Under the pieces are notes generated by a model. That model was not told the origin of the DNA. It was given only the letters and a program-made list of their open reading frames with translations, and did no database searches. This document shows positions 1-13,964 of a stretch of 64,000 nt of DNA, in pieces; within the stretch, counting starts at the first letter, position 1; each line of letters begins with the position of its first letter. The position numbers and the translations under genes are program-made. This DNA is from Camelus ferus (lineage: Eukaryota): positions 113,214,001 through 113,278,000 of the forward strand of contig NC_045697.1 in the NCBI RefSeq assembly GCF_009834535.1, written 5' to 3'.

Positions 1-132
1 GAATGACAAAACTACTGCTCATCTAAGATCATAGACAATGCTTATTGAGAGCTTTGTGTATGCTGTGTATGCTCTTTTAAAATCATAACCTGTAATATCC
101 CATCTAATTTTTACAAAAATCCCGTGTGGTAC

Positions 133-790
133 TGTTAGAGCAGGCAGATAGCTAGATACGAGCAGAGAAAAGGGGACACAGACCAAATGGCAGGAATTGG
201 GCAGAAAGGAGGGACACAGGCCAAATACAGGAAACCCTACATCATGTAAGCACCAGGGGGTTCCTGGGCAGAGAAAGAAAAGCAGGACTCTTTGGGCTGA
301 TAAGTGGTCACAACTTTTGGGGTGATAAGTGGCCTGGAGACCTACAAAGAAATGTGAGAACAGGCAGGAACCTCCAGTGTCCAAATGTAGCCTTTTGCTC
401 ATTATGCCCTCATTTCAATAAAATTAGCCTTGCAGATCAGAAGTACCCAGCATGCACCGACACCGTAACACTTTCCCTCCAGACTAAATAAGGACAAAAA
501 TCCCTCCTCCCTTTGGGAAGGTGGAGTTTGGATGAAAATCAGGGAATATGACCCCAAACCCTTCCCTCCCCAATGAATATTCAGCCCGTTCATTTTTACA
601 CCCTATGTAACTAACTTGCCAAAGAAAGTCAGGGCAGCCGCTCACCTGAGCCTGCCCGCTCTCCCCTGAGAGTGTCCTATCCATCCTTTAATAAATTTTC
701 ACTTAACTTTTTTAACCACTATGTTTTATCTCTGAATTCTTTCTGGGACTGGACAAGAACCTGGAACACCGGTTGCAGCCACCGGCAACA
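133..790 (+). mobile_element. Solo ERV1-type LTR
   Basis: Starts TGTTAGAGCAGGCAGATAGCTAG, has AATAAA near 690 and ends ...CCGGCAACA. Aligns by eye to an inverted copy at 32257-32859. The 3' end may extend to 803 because the terminal motif is repeated. No clear TSD. Confidence 0.8.
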
Positions 791-2446
791 TCCACTGGCA
801 GCATCTGGTCATCCCCGAGTTATGGTCCTCATTCTATACAGGAGACTGCCGAAACACACAGAGCCTAAATGAATTACTCAAGATCAAGATCCCACAGCTC
901 AGGAGAACTAACAGTAGCATACACAGTTTATTCCAGAAAATGTTCCCTGAACCTCAGTCCCATACTGCCTTTCAACCATATGAGGAAGGCAAAGAATAAC
1001 TGCAAAGCTTTTTTAAGAAAACGTTATGTTTCCATGTGGCTATTGGAGGATTCATTCTCAGCCATTGCCTTTGCATTTTTTTTTACTCCTGAAACTGACT
1101 GCTTTATTATAATCCCATTTATTTGGTTCTTACTTACATGTAGCTTACTTACATTACACATTATAAAAGCATCATATGGTATTTCATACACAATTGAGCA
1201 AGGAGTAAAGAAAGGCTATATTTTGATAAGAGATGATAAAATGCAGTGTGTAAAACCATGCACGTGAAATGCAGCGAGATCAGTCATACAATCTCTCTCT
1301 CCATCCTGAACTTCTTTAGACCCCCTTTGTAAGGGGCTCATCAACACATCCACAGGAGCCTCTCACAAATGTTGCAAATCTGCCTTCCATGACTGCTACC
1401 ATCTGCCTCCACCTTGAACACAAGCCCAAATCTGCTTTTTCTTTTAGGTTTCCTTGTCTCAGTGAGTGGCTCCACCAATTACTAGAAAAAGTGAGAATCA
1501 TCTCAATTTCCTTCCTCCATTACTTCCCAAAGACACTCTGCTCTCTTTTGGCCTCAGTGCCAAAGCCTTACTTGAAACCCTGTCATGTCTTCTCTGGTCG
1601 TGTCTTAGTTGTCATTTCCAGGGCCTTCCAATCAGCCGCCAGGTGAAGTTCCTAACACAAATCCTCTCACGCTGTTCCCTCCCTTCACGTCCAAGCAGCT
1701 CCTCATACCTTCAGGGTTAAGTTGAAACCCTTGCTCCCCTTCTGGGCTCATCGCCCCCAGATGTCCATCCATTACAGCTTCTGCTTCAATTACACCAAAG
1801 CCCACTGTCTCCCATCAGACCAAACATTCTGTGAGTTGGTTACAATCCTGTTGTTCCCAACCCCTACTTCATTGCTTGGTGTCTTCTAGTCTTTCCCCTG
1901 GAACAGATCAATCACTACCTCCTTTTAGCAATGTTTTCTCATCAAAACTCCACATCCCCCAACTAAATTAAGTATTCTTCCCTCGGGCTGCTACTTTATT
2001 GATGCACTTCTGTTTTCTTTGTTTATATGTGGTGGAATTTAATCACACTGTCTCTAATCATTTGCATCCTGGCAACTTGAGCCATGCCAGACACATTGCA
2101 AGTGCTCAATACATGTTTGCTGAGTTGAACTGAAATTTTACTACATGCCCTAAAATTGTGATTAACCATAAACAGAAATATCGTTGGTGGCCCTGAACCA
2201 TAAAAGCAAAAGTGAAATGACAGAAGATTAAATGTAGCAGAAAATAACATTCAGGGTGTGTTATGGCACTTTGCACATTAAATCCAATTGTCTCCATATT
2301 CTTTTTATACATCTGTGCTAATTTATAACACAAGCAATGCTCAATGATTTCTCATAATGGTACCTCAAGACATTGTATCACCAAGATGCAATTATTGTAA
2401 CATACTTTAACTTCTATCACATACACATAATATATGTGTGTGTGAT

Positions 2447-2458
2447 TAGATAGATAGG

Positions 2459-2496
<38 letters not shown>
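2447..2496. repeat. (GATA)n microsatellite
   Basis: Direct reading of tandem GATA units. Confidence 0.95.
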
Positions 2497-2497
<1 letters not shown>

Positions 2498-3237
2498 ATG
2501 CAACCCAGATCACATCAACCTGAAAGTAAAAATAGAATCACAGTTATTATAAACCCATTTTCCTCTCTTCTCTAAACTGCTCTGCAGAAACTCTAGACTC
2601 TTCACAAATTCTTTCCGAATAGTTCTGGGAGACCTCAGGCAGGTTGGTTCCCAAGTGTGCTGGATAAACCAGTACTCTTGACCACCTGAACTGCCTGCCA
2701 GGCTTCTCCCCTCCTGCTCCAGCTGGCCCTGGCTGCGCCTCTGTCTCCGCTGATGCCTTCTGTGTCCTAGGGGTTTTTGTGTTGAGCAAGGTGATGTCTG
2801 TGCCCAGAGTGCTAATGTCCAGCCCTTTCCCCTCCAAAGAGATTGCTCTTAAACCCGGCCTGGATTACCCAATGGACAGGATAAGCACATGCTTAGAGCA
2901 CTAACAAAATATAGGCATCAGGAAAACTTCTGTAAATCATTTATTTGCTTTTCAAAAAAAAATCATTAATTTAGTTTTATAGCAAAATTATAATTTATTT
3001 AAATGTTCTTGCATTTATTTAACAGTTTGGAATTATTGTTATTTCATGTCTATGTGGGAGAATTGTCATAATCTTTTGCATCTCAGGGCCCCTAGGAATC
3101 TTCAGGCAGCCCTTGTTGACGCTGAAGTCCACTGATGTCCAGGTAGCAGCTGCAATTGCCCGGGTAAAGGGTACCGATGTCTGTGCTGGTGGCCCCATCT
3201 CATATTTGAAACTCAAACGTGTGTGTTTGACATTTCT

Positions 3238-3276
<39 letters not shown>

Positions 3277-6200
3277 TTTTGTTCTATTTTTCCTTGATGT
3301 AGGACTCAGGTGGACACCCAACTAAAGGGCATTCTGAGAACTTGCCTCTCTCCTTAGTGAGGAACATTGGTGCTTTCTAATTAGAATCTAAACAGACTCC
3401 CAACCCCATCCTTCCCACCTCTGCTCCAGGCAGGTTTAATGTGAAGGTCATGGGACCTAGATTCTGTACAGAAGTGCCAATTCACTAATAAATGTCTACA
3501 TATTTTTTCAGTGACAGTTTTTGAAATCAAAATAATGTTTTATTTTATAAATTCTAGTTAACAGGGGTATTTCCTACCCAGGCAACCTGATGAACAGAGG
3601 TGTTATTGTATCATTTTGATCTCAGAATTTTAAAATAAACATTGGAGGACTTCAAAAGAAATGAGAAGCATGAACCCTTCCAAAAAATAAGCACAACTTG
3701 TGTTTAAAAAGATTCAGGGAGACAATCTAGGTGACACAAACTTTACTTGACACTCCATGAGGGAGACAGTCTCCATCCCCAGGCATCCAGAGCACAGCAG
3801 AGGCAGGAGGCAGGAGCTTTTATAGGACGAATAAGAAACAAGGAAGTAAGCAGAGCACCTGAGCTGGCTTGGGTCTGGGGGCTGGCTGTTGGGATGCACT
3901 GCATTTCTGACCAAATAGGGCAGCTACAGGGACGTGAAAGCCAGCCAAGTTCAGGTTGCTGATGCAGCACCCAGGGCAGGAGTGGCTGCATCTTGGGTCT
4001 GGAAATTTATTTCACCACTTGCCACATTTTGCCCTTGTCTGAACTGTCCCTCAAGAGTCAAAGGTTGAGCAAGAGCTGCATAAGTCTGTGGAGGAATACA
4101 CAGCCCTAGTTGTTCCACATGCAATAGTCAGGTGGCATCACCTGTGGATCGGACAAGGACTGAGCAAGGATGAGGGGATTTCCAGCGAATCCGTATCTCA
4201 GAACATCCCTGGGTTTCACTGAGTCTGAAGGGAAATTTTCAGAAACTAACTATAATGATTTTTCTCATTTAAAAAGCAAAAGAAGTGGCAATAACAGGGA
4301 CCATGAGAGGCAGATTTGCTTTGATTCTCTTTCCAGGCCATCTGTTCCTCTCTTTGTGCCTTGTATTATAGAGCCTGTTGGGATCATTGAACAAGAGAGC
4401 TGAGAATAAGCAAAATACACTAGACTTCACTGAATCCTAATTTGATAAAAGGCATAGTCTTGTTGTTTGAGGAGTCATCTTTAAGTATGAAACTGAAATA
4501 AATACAGAAAACTCAAGTGATTTTGTAACAGATCCTGTATGAGTGTCAGTAACAGCTAAGCTGCTGTGGCAGAAACAGGAAAAATACAATGGAGTAAAAT
4601 GAAAGATAATTTGTTTCTGGAGCATGGAACCGGCAGAGGTGGGCTGATCAGAGCCAGCGGGGGTGGGGGTGGGGGTTCTGTGCCTGCATATTTTGCTTGG
4701 TTCCTGTTTGATGTCTGCTGGACCAGGGGTGGGTGGGGATGGGGAGTGGCCAGATCTGATGGAGAAGACAGAATATCACCCAGAAATCCTAACTTTGTGC
4801 TGCATGAAGAAACAGGTTGAGATTTTGAGTTGTCTTTTTCAGGGAGAGTGAGAGTTGTATCAATAGAAAGAAGAGTGTGTGTGGAATTTGGGGGAGAGGG
4901 GATGTACGGAGGGTCAGACTGAGGCCAGTCTCCCAGTAGCCTTCTCTCTTTCTCATGTGTAGTAATAGGGTCCCACAAGCTTGCCTGGGTACACGTATCC
5001 CTTCACAGCTGCAAACTACACACTCTTCTCCTGGTTCTGTTATGTGAAGCCATTTGACTATGTTCAACCGATGAGGTGGGGAAGAATCTGAGTCTTGCCC
5101 TTTCTGGGTCATCTCTTCACAGATGCTCACTCTACCTGCTTCCCTCTCTGTAGCTTAGAAAATGGGGACAGTTGGGGTGGGATCAAGGTGGCAGAGTAGG
5201 AGGACGCTGACCTCCCCTCCCCTCACAAACACATCCAACGACAACTACCTATGGAATAAGTCTCTCTGAAATCGGCCTGGGGACTAGCAGGACAGCTCTT
5301 CTAAAACCAAGTCTGTAAAGAAAGATCCACACAGAGTCTAGAAAAAGAGGAAGAGCAGCGGTTTGGTCAGGACCCACACCTCTGGCATGGGACAGAGAGG
5401 AGGGGGATAGCGTAGTCTCCAGGATGTGGGGAGTGAGGGGTTCGAGCCACATCATGGCACCCCAGCCCTTGGTTGCAAAGCCAGGAAGATGAGCTTTTTT
5501 AGCTGGTATGAAAACCAGTAGGGTTTACCAGAAAGCTATAGGAAACAGACTCCACTTGTGAAGACTGTGTACACACACTTGCTCACTCCCAATAACAGTG
5601 CTGATAAAACAGACTGAGAACTGCCTGGTGCTCTGGCTGGCTTGCCAGGACCATCCCAGCACACACACCCAGCCCACAGTGGGCTCCTGCTCCAGCCCCT
5701 CTTGCTCTAGTGCTGCTCCCCACTAAGGCAGATGCTGCTGTTGCCAACAAGAGTGTGCACACTTGGAGGAAACAGAGCCAGCTCAGATCCCAGCCCTGCC
5801 TCTAACCAGGGTGGAGGCAACCATTACCAGTGTATGCACATACTTGGGAGGGAGCGAAACTAGTTCAATAACATGGCTTCAACTCCCCTAGCCCCAGCCA
5901 AGCAAGCCTCTAACCAAGGCACAGGCACAAAGGAAAAAGTAAAAACAGCACTGAAACGCAGCCCCAAGCCCTCAGACCCTGGTCAAATGCCTAACCAAGG
6001 CAGAGACTGACTTCACATCTTTAGGAACCCAGCTCCCCCCAGGGCATCTGCTCCAGCCCCTTGTGCCCTGCCCCACCCCCAAAGGGCAGTAATTGCCACT
6101 GAGTACAAGAGAAGTCCTGGCCCACACTTGGCTCTGGCTCTCACCCCTCCATCTCCAGCACCACCCCCCACCAAGTTGGTGGCTGCCAGCACACCCCAGC

Positions 6201-6343
6201 ACAGCCCATCCTGACTTCAGATCCACCTCTCCCACCGAAGCACTCACAGACTGCATAGGGACGCTTCAACGCAGGACATGCCTTTTAAGACCAAGGTAAG
6301 TAACTGGTTCATCTCAGTTTATAGAGACAGAGAAATATACAAC

Positions 6344-7280
6344 ATGAGAAGACAGAGGAATATATTTGGAACAAACAAACAAACAAACAAAAACAAGAAA
6401 AAAATCCTGGGAAAAAAACTTAATGAAACAAAGATAAATAATTGACCTGGTAAAGAGTTCAAAGTATTAGTAATAAGAATGCTAATTAAACTTGGGAAAA
6501 AAATAAATGAACATAGTAAGAATTTAAACAGAACTAGAATATACAAAAAGGAATCAGTCAGATCTGAAGAATACAGTAACTGAAGTGAAAAATCCACTAG
6601 AAGGAATTAATAGTAGATTAGTTGATACAGAAAGGACACACAAGCGATCTGGAAGATAGAATAATGGAAATCACCCAATCAGAACAGCAAAAAAAAAAAA
6701 AAAAAAAAAAACCAAAACAAAACAAAACAAAAAACAAATTGTAAAAAATGAGGATGGTTTAAGGAACCTCTGTGATGACATCAAACATACTAACATTCAC
6801 ATTTTAGTGGTTCCAGAAGAAGAAGAGAAAGAGAAAGGATAGAAATTGTATTTGGTGAAATTATGGCTGAAAACTACCCAAACCAAAGAAGGAAACAGAT
6901 TTCCAGGTAAAGGAAGCACAGAGGGTTCCAACAAGATGAACCCAAACAGATCCAAATCATAATTAAAATAACAAAAGTTAAAGATAGGGAAAGAATTTTA
7001 AAGACAGTAAGAGAAAAGCAAACAGTCATATAAAAATGAACCCCCATAAGGCTATCAGCTAATTTTTTTGCAGATATTTTGCAGGTCAGATGGGAGTGTC
7101 ATCATATATTTAATAAGCTAAAAGGAAAAAATCTATAACCTGGCACAGGGTATACTCTACCCAGCAAGGTTATCATTCAGAATTGAAGAAGAGATTAATA
7201 GTTTCTCAGAGAAGCAAAAACTAAAAGGGTTTATCAATACTAAACTGACCTTATAAGAAGTGTTAAAGGGTTTTCTTTAA
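6344..7280 (+). pseudogene. L1 ORF1p relic (frameshifted, A-tract expansions)
   Basis: ATG AGA AGA CAG AGG AAT at 6344, followed by coiled-coil-like and 'ILYPARLSFRIE'-like sequence near 7150-7190. Boundaries approximate. Confidence 0.75.
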
Positions 7281-7759
7281 GTAAAAAAGAAATGGCTATG
7301 ACAAATAAGAAACTAGAAGAAGGGGAAAATCCCACTGGTAAAGGCAAATATATAGTAAAGGCAATGGATCAACCACTCAAATAAACTAGTATGAAGATTA
7401 AAAGACAAAAACTATAAAATCAAGTATAAATAGAATAAATAAGGGATAGATATGAAGATATAAAATATGAGATCAAGCACTCAAAACATGGGAGAGGGGA
7501 GTGTAAGACTTTTAGAATGTGAACTTAAACGAGTATTCAGTTTAAAACAAGTAGATATAGTTACAGGTCAACATATATGAATCCCATGGTAACTATAAGC
7601 CAAAAACTTACAATAGACACACAAAAACTAGAGAGAAGGGAATACAAGTATACCATTAAAAAAAATCATCAAACCACAAAGGAAAGAAGAAAACAAAAAC
7701 AAAATCAAAAACAAAAAACAAAGAAGAGCTACAAAAACAACCAGAAAACAAGTAACAAA

Positions 7760-10700
7760 ATGGCAATAAGTTCATACTTATCAATCACTTTAAGTGTCAA
7801 TAGATTAAATGCTCCAATCAAAAGACATAGGGTGGTTGATTAGATTAAAAAGACCCCCATCTATATACTGCCTACAAAAGACTCACTTCAAAGCTAAAGA
7901 CACACACAGACTGAAAGCGAGAGGATGAAGAAAAGATGTTCCATGCAAAGGAAATGAAAGAAAGCTGGGACAACAATACTCCTATCAGAAAAAGTAGACT
8001 TTAAATCAAAGTCTATAATTAAAGGCATGCAAGGTCATTATATAATGATAAAGGTATTAACAGAAGAAAATTATGTAACATTTGTGACCATACATGTACC
8101 TAGTACAGAGCACCTAAACATAGAAAACAAATATTAATAGACATAAAGGGAGAAGTTGGCAATAATGCAATAATAGTAGGAGACTTAAACACCTCACCTA
8201 CAACGATGAACAGATCATCCAGACAGAAAATCTAAATTAAACAGTGATCTTAAATGACACATTAGATTAGTTGTACTTAATAGATAGCTACAGATCATTC
8301 CATCCAAAAACAGTAGAATACACATTCTTGAGAAGTGCACATGGAAAATTCTCCAGAATAGATTACATCCTGGGCCACAAAATGAGTCTCAACAAATTTA
8401 AGAGTACAGAAATTACGTCAAGCCTCTTTTCCAAACACAAAGGTATTAAACTACAAATCAGCTACAGGAAGGAAAATGGAAAAACCACAAATACTTGGAG
8501 ACTAAACAACACACATTAAAAAAAAAATCAGTCAATGAAGAAATCAAAGAGGAAATCAGAAAATGCCTTGAGACAAATGAAAATAAAAACACAAATTTCC
8601 AAATTCTATAGGATGCAGCAAAAGCAGTTCTAAGAGGGAAGTTCATAGCAATACAGGGCTACCTCAAGAAACAAAAAAGATCTCAAATAAACAACCTGAC
8701 CAACTATCTAAAGCAATTAGACAAAGAAGAACAAACAAAGCCCAAAGTGAGCAAAGGTAAGGAAATAATAAAAACATAGCAGAAATAAATAACATAGAGA
8801 CAAAATGAAACAAAAGAAAAGATCAATGAAACAAAGAACTATTTTTGAAAAGATAAACAAAATTGAAAAATCTTTAGCCAGACTCTTTAATAAAAAAAAG
8901 AGTGAATACCTAAACAAACAAACAAAGAAATAAAAGAGGAGATATTACAGAAATACAATCATAAAAGAATATTACAAATAGTTATAAATTTGACATCCAG
9001 AAAGAAATGAATACATCTCTAGAAACATACAACATTCCAAGACTGAATTGGAAGGAAACAGACTAACTGAAAAGACAGATCACCAGTAGCGAAATTGAAT
9101 TTGTAATAAAAAAACCCCAGCAAACAAAAGTCCAGGACCAGATAGCTTTACAGGGAAATTCTACAAAATATATAAAGAAAAGTTAATATCTATTCTTCTC
9201 AGACTATTCCAAAAAATTGAAGAGGAGGGAACACTCCCAAACTCATTCTATGTGGCCACAATTACCCTGATACCAAAATCTGACACACAATACAAAAGAA
9301 AGAAGAAAGAAAGGAAGAAAGAAAGAAAGAAAAAAGAAAAAAAGAAAATTACAGGCTAATATATCTGATAAATATAGATACAAAAACTCAACAAAATATT
9401 AGCAAATGAATTCAACAATTCATAAAAAGTATCATAAAAAAGTATCATCTAAAAAGTATCATACACCAAATTAAGTGAGATTTATTACAGGGATGCAAAA
9501 TGGTTCAATATCCACAAATAAATCAATGCAATAACCACATTAACAAAAGGAAGGATTAAAAAAAATCACGATTATCTCAACAACTGCTGAAAAAGCATGT
9601 GACAAAATTCAACACCCATTCATGATAAAAACTCTCACCAAATTTTGTATAGAGGGAACATATCTCAACTATTTAATAAAGGCCTTTTTTAACCAACCCA
9701 CAGCTAATATCATACTCAATGGTGAAATTTTATGAAATCAGGAAAAAGACAAGGATGCCCACTCTTGCTATTTCTAGTTAACATGGTATTGGAAGTCCTA
9801 GCCACAGCAATCAGGCACAAAAAAGGAATAAAAGGCATCCAAATTGAAGGGAAGAAGTAAAATTCACTATTTACAAATGACATAATACTATATAGAAAAC
9901 CCTAAAGTCTCCACCAAAATCTATGAGAAATTAATAAATGAATTCAGTAAAGTTGAAGGATACAAGACTAACGTACAGAAATGTGTTGCTTTTCTAAACA
10001 CTAATAATGAACTAGCAGAAAAAGAAAGCAAGAAAATAATCCCATTTGCAATTAGATGAAAAAGAAATAAACTTCTAGAAATAAACATCTAGAATAATTT
10101 AACCAAGGAGGTGAGAGACCTATACTCTGAAAACTATTAGATTTTGATAAAGGAACTTGAAGACAATGCAAATAGATGGAAAGATAGCCCATGTTCATGG
10201 ATTGGAAGAATTAATATTGTTGAAATGTTCATACTACCCAAAGCAATCCACAGATTTAATGTAATCTGTATGAGAATACCGATGACATTTTTTCATGGAA
10301 CTAGAACAAATAACCCTAAAATTTATATGGAGCCACAAAAGACCCTGAACTGCTAATGCAATTTTGAGGAAAAAAGAAGAAAGCTAGAGAAATCATGTTC
10401 CCTGACTTCAGACTATACTACAAAGCTATGATAATCAAAACAGTGTGATACTGACACAAAAATAGACACAAGTATCAATGGAACAGAATAGAGAGCCCAG
10501 AAATAAACTCATGCTTATATGGTTAATCAGTCTGGGACAAAGGAGGCAAAAATATACAATAGAGAAAAAATATCTTTAATAGGTGATACTGGGAAAACTG
10601 AACAGGTACATGTAAAAGAACAAAATTAGAACATTTTCTCACAGCATATACATAAATAAACTCAAAGTGGATTAAAAGCCTAAATGTAAGATCAGAAACC

Positions 10701-11545
10701 ATAAATGTTCTAGAAGCAAACATAAACACTCCTTGACATAAGTCTTAGCAGTACTTTTTTTGGATCTGTCTCCTCAGGCAAGGGAACCAAAAGCAAAAAT
10801 AAAGAAATGGGGCCTAATCAAGCTTAAAAACTTGTGCACAGCAAAGAAAACCATCAACAAAATGAAAAGACATCCTACTGTGTGGGGGAAGATATGTTTT
10901 ATAAGGGGTTAATATCCAAAATTCATAAAGAGCTCACACAACTCAATATAAAAAAATAACAACCTGATTAAAAAATGGGCAGAAGATGCAAATAGAAATT
11001 TTTCCAAAGAAGACATACAGATGGTCACAGGCACATGAAAAGATGCTCAACATCACTAATCAGCAAGGAAATGCAAATCAAAACCACAATGAGGTATCAC
11101 CTCACACCTATCAGAATGTCTACCTTCAAAAAGTCTACAGTTGACAAATGTTGATGAGGACCTAGAGAAAAGGGAATCCTGGCACATTGTGGGAGGGAAT
11201 GTAAATTGGTATAGTCCCTGTGGAAATCAGTATTGATTCTTCAAAAAATTAAAAATAGAACTACTGCCCAATCCAGCAATTCCACTACTGAGTATCTATC
11301 CCAAAGAAACTAGAACATTAATTCAAAAAGAGACATGCACCCCAATGTTCAGAGCAGCATAATTTACAATAGCCAAGATATGGAAACAACCCAAGTGCCC
11401 ATCAACAGGTGAATGGATAAAGAAGATGTGGTAGATACACACACAATTGCACACTATCCTGTCATAAAAAATGAAATTTTGCAATAACATGGATGGGCCT
11501 GAGGGGTATTATGCCTACTGAAGTAAGTCAGACAGAGAAAGTCAA
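7760..11545 (+). pseudogene. L1 ORF2p relic (endonuclease / reverse transcriptase / Cys-rich domain)
   Basis: MAISSYLSITLSVNRLNAPIKRHRV start; YTFLRSAHGKFSRIDYILGHK (endonuclease); RQGCPL near 9748; [15 protein letters not shown] (RT region). Multiple stops and frameshifts. Confidence 0.9.
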
Positions 11546-11984
11546 GTACTCTATGTAATCCCTCAAATGTGTAATCTAAAAAATTAAAACAAATGATTAT
11601 AACAAAACAGAAACAGACTCACAAAGAACAAACTCATGGATACCAGTGAAGTGAGGGCAGAGGGAAGGGGCAAGATAAGAGTACAGGATTAAGAGGTACA
11701 GACTACTAGATGTAAAATAAATAAGCAAGAAGGATGTACGGTGTAGCACTGGGGACAGACGCAATACCTTATAATAACTTTAAATGGAGTACAATCTATA
11801 AAAATACTGAATCACTATGTTGTACACCTGAAACTACTATAATGCAAATCAACTCTGCTTCAATAAAATAAAATAAAATAAAGAAAATGGTGACAATTGG
11901 AGAGATCTTGGAAACCATTGGTTGGAAAGAGAAGAGACTTCCTCGGCCCTCGAATGTTTACCTTTAGAGTGTTTATTTAAGTAC

Positions 11985-12445
11985 CTTGTGACAGTTTTTA
12001 AAGCATGCATAAAAAGGTGGAGTCTATGTTCCCTCCCACTGAAGAGCTTTTGACCTCATCGACCAAGGAAATGTGACAGAGTGACACCATGTGCCCTCCA
12101 TGGCTTGGCAAGAAGAGGCCATGTGAGGTCCATCTGGTTCTCCCTGAAAGCTCAGTGTCAGCCTGCCGTGCTCAAGCCCTGTGGAGAGGCCATGTGCAGT
12201 GCCTGGTTAGCAGCCCAGCTGAACCCAGCTTTTGAGTCCTCCCAGCCCAGGTACAGACCAACAACAGACATGTCATTTATTGGAACCAACCCCGGAATCT
12301 TCACAGCTTCCCAGCCGGGACCCCAAACATCTTTGAACAAAATGAACCATCTCTGATCTGTCCATTCCCAATTCCCGACCCACAGTCTCTGTGAGCATAA
12401 TCAAGAGCTCTAAGTATTTGGGGGTGTCCTTATTAAAGCAATGTA
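11985..12445 (+). mobile_element. MaLR (MLT1-like) LTR
   Basis: Typical MLT1 motifs (GGTGGAGTCTATGTTCCCTCCC; CCCAATTCCCGACCCACAG...TAAG...TTTGGGGGTG...GCAAT). Family assigned from memory. Confidence 0.65.
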
Positions 12446-13964
12446 GCGTGTACCCTAAATAATGCAAATGCCCAATCAAAAATTATCTGACTAATAATAT
12501 GTCAAACTGAACCATCTTGCGTATAATTGCTATGTCAGAGAGCAGTCATTCACCTATACATGTGAACAACCAGCAGATGAAGGCGTTGCTACCCAAACTA
12601 TTCATATCTCTGGAGGAACATGCAGAGTGCTCTGAAACTGGATCCTCTGACATTGCATTGTGGGATTTGTCTGATTGGCTAGATGGATGTCATTCACACC
12701 TATATCTTCTTTCCTTGGCCTTATAACTTGCTGCTCAGAGGTCTGAGTGTGCATTAGGTTTGAGTTAAGTCTAGTTTATGATGTATACCTACCTAATAAA
12801 CCTGTAATTGAAAACTTTGCTGTTAACTTTTATCTCTGGGCTGGTGCATACGTCCGTAGGCATTAAATGACCGCTTGCCTCCGAGTTTGCCTTTGAGTCT
12901 GTGGGTAAATACAAACGTTGCTTAGCCCCTGTTGTGACAAGATCTGCAGTAACTGTGTGTTCCAACTCCACTTTTAGAGGGAGTGACTCTCATCACTACT
13001 ATTTTTCTATCTTCATCGCCAATAGGATGGAAACAAACATTATAAAGTGAGATCCAGGGACAGACACAGATGTAAACTGCAGTGCATTCCTGGACCATAC
13101 GCCATGACACTTGGGAGAAGGAAACAGAGGTGTGGTCAAGGAAACTATCTTCCGAGAGACCATGAAACCATCCTCTTCCACCCTCTCTGAGCTTTACTTT
13201 AAGCTTCAGCAAAAGGAGACAACTGAATCTCCATTGCATGTTTCCCAGGAGGGCCGTGGGGAAGAAATTACACCATGTGAATGTTCCTGAGCTACTCTCG
13301 GGAGAGACCCTCATAGTGTTATGACACATCCAGCAGGAGATCAGGGTTACTAAGGCATGATGGACATCCCCCAAACTGCAGACAGACAAAAATTTAAGAA
13401 AGAATTAAAGGCTTCAGTACCTTCTCTCTTTTTTTTTTTCTCATATAGATAAAGTCCTAGTAAGTACGTGGTGGATTGAGGATGAAAAATCCAATGGCCA
13501 TACCTTCTCATGTTTCGAGATAATGGCGAATACTCCAAACCAGCTCTGCGTCTGTTCATTTCCACTCTTTGCTCCTTTCTGCTTTATCGAACTCCTTTCT
13601 TCAGATGCTGCAGATGACATGAAATTCCTGCAGGCCAGGTCTGATGTATCTTATGAGTTTACATAAAATACCTAAACCACTGAAAAATCTTTTCTCAACC
13701 AATAGTCTTTCGTCTGCTCTCTCGAACATGCTCAGACAACCCCAGGAGCGTCTCTGAGGACAGGAGAGCCCTCTCTAGGCAGACCGAGGCTCTAGTGTGT
13801 ATGCAGAGGTGGGAGACCCGGCTCCTTCTCCTGGGTCCGACCCTCTTGGTGCCTCCGACCATCTCCGAGGCCCAGGTTCCTCATTTCAGTGATGAATCGC
13901 ACTGAAGTCTTTCTAGCACGTCTTCCGTTTCTATGATTTTGCAAACATACTGATTTAAAGAGTA

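Larger units (their letters stand above)
5174..11881 (+). mobile_element. Full-length, decayed LINE-1 (5'UTR, ORF1, inter-ORF spacer, ORF2, 3'UTR, A-rich tail)
   Basis: 5' end GGGGTGGGATCAAGGTGGCAGAGTAG; tail (AAAAT)n; TSD AGAAAATGGGGACAGTT (5157-5173) vs AGAAAATGGTGACAATT (11882-11898), preceded by TT (L1 endonuclease-type site). ORF2 peptide relics are visible in the ORF track. Confidence 0.96.

Noticed and set aside
12922..13389. 155-aa ORF in unique sequence
   Set aside because: Non-ATG start, no recognisable domain and no convincing splice boundaries.
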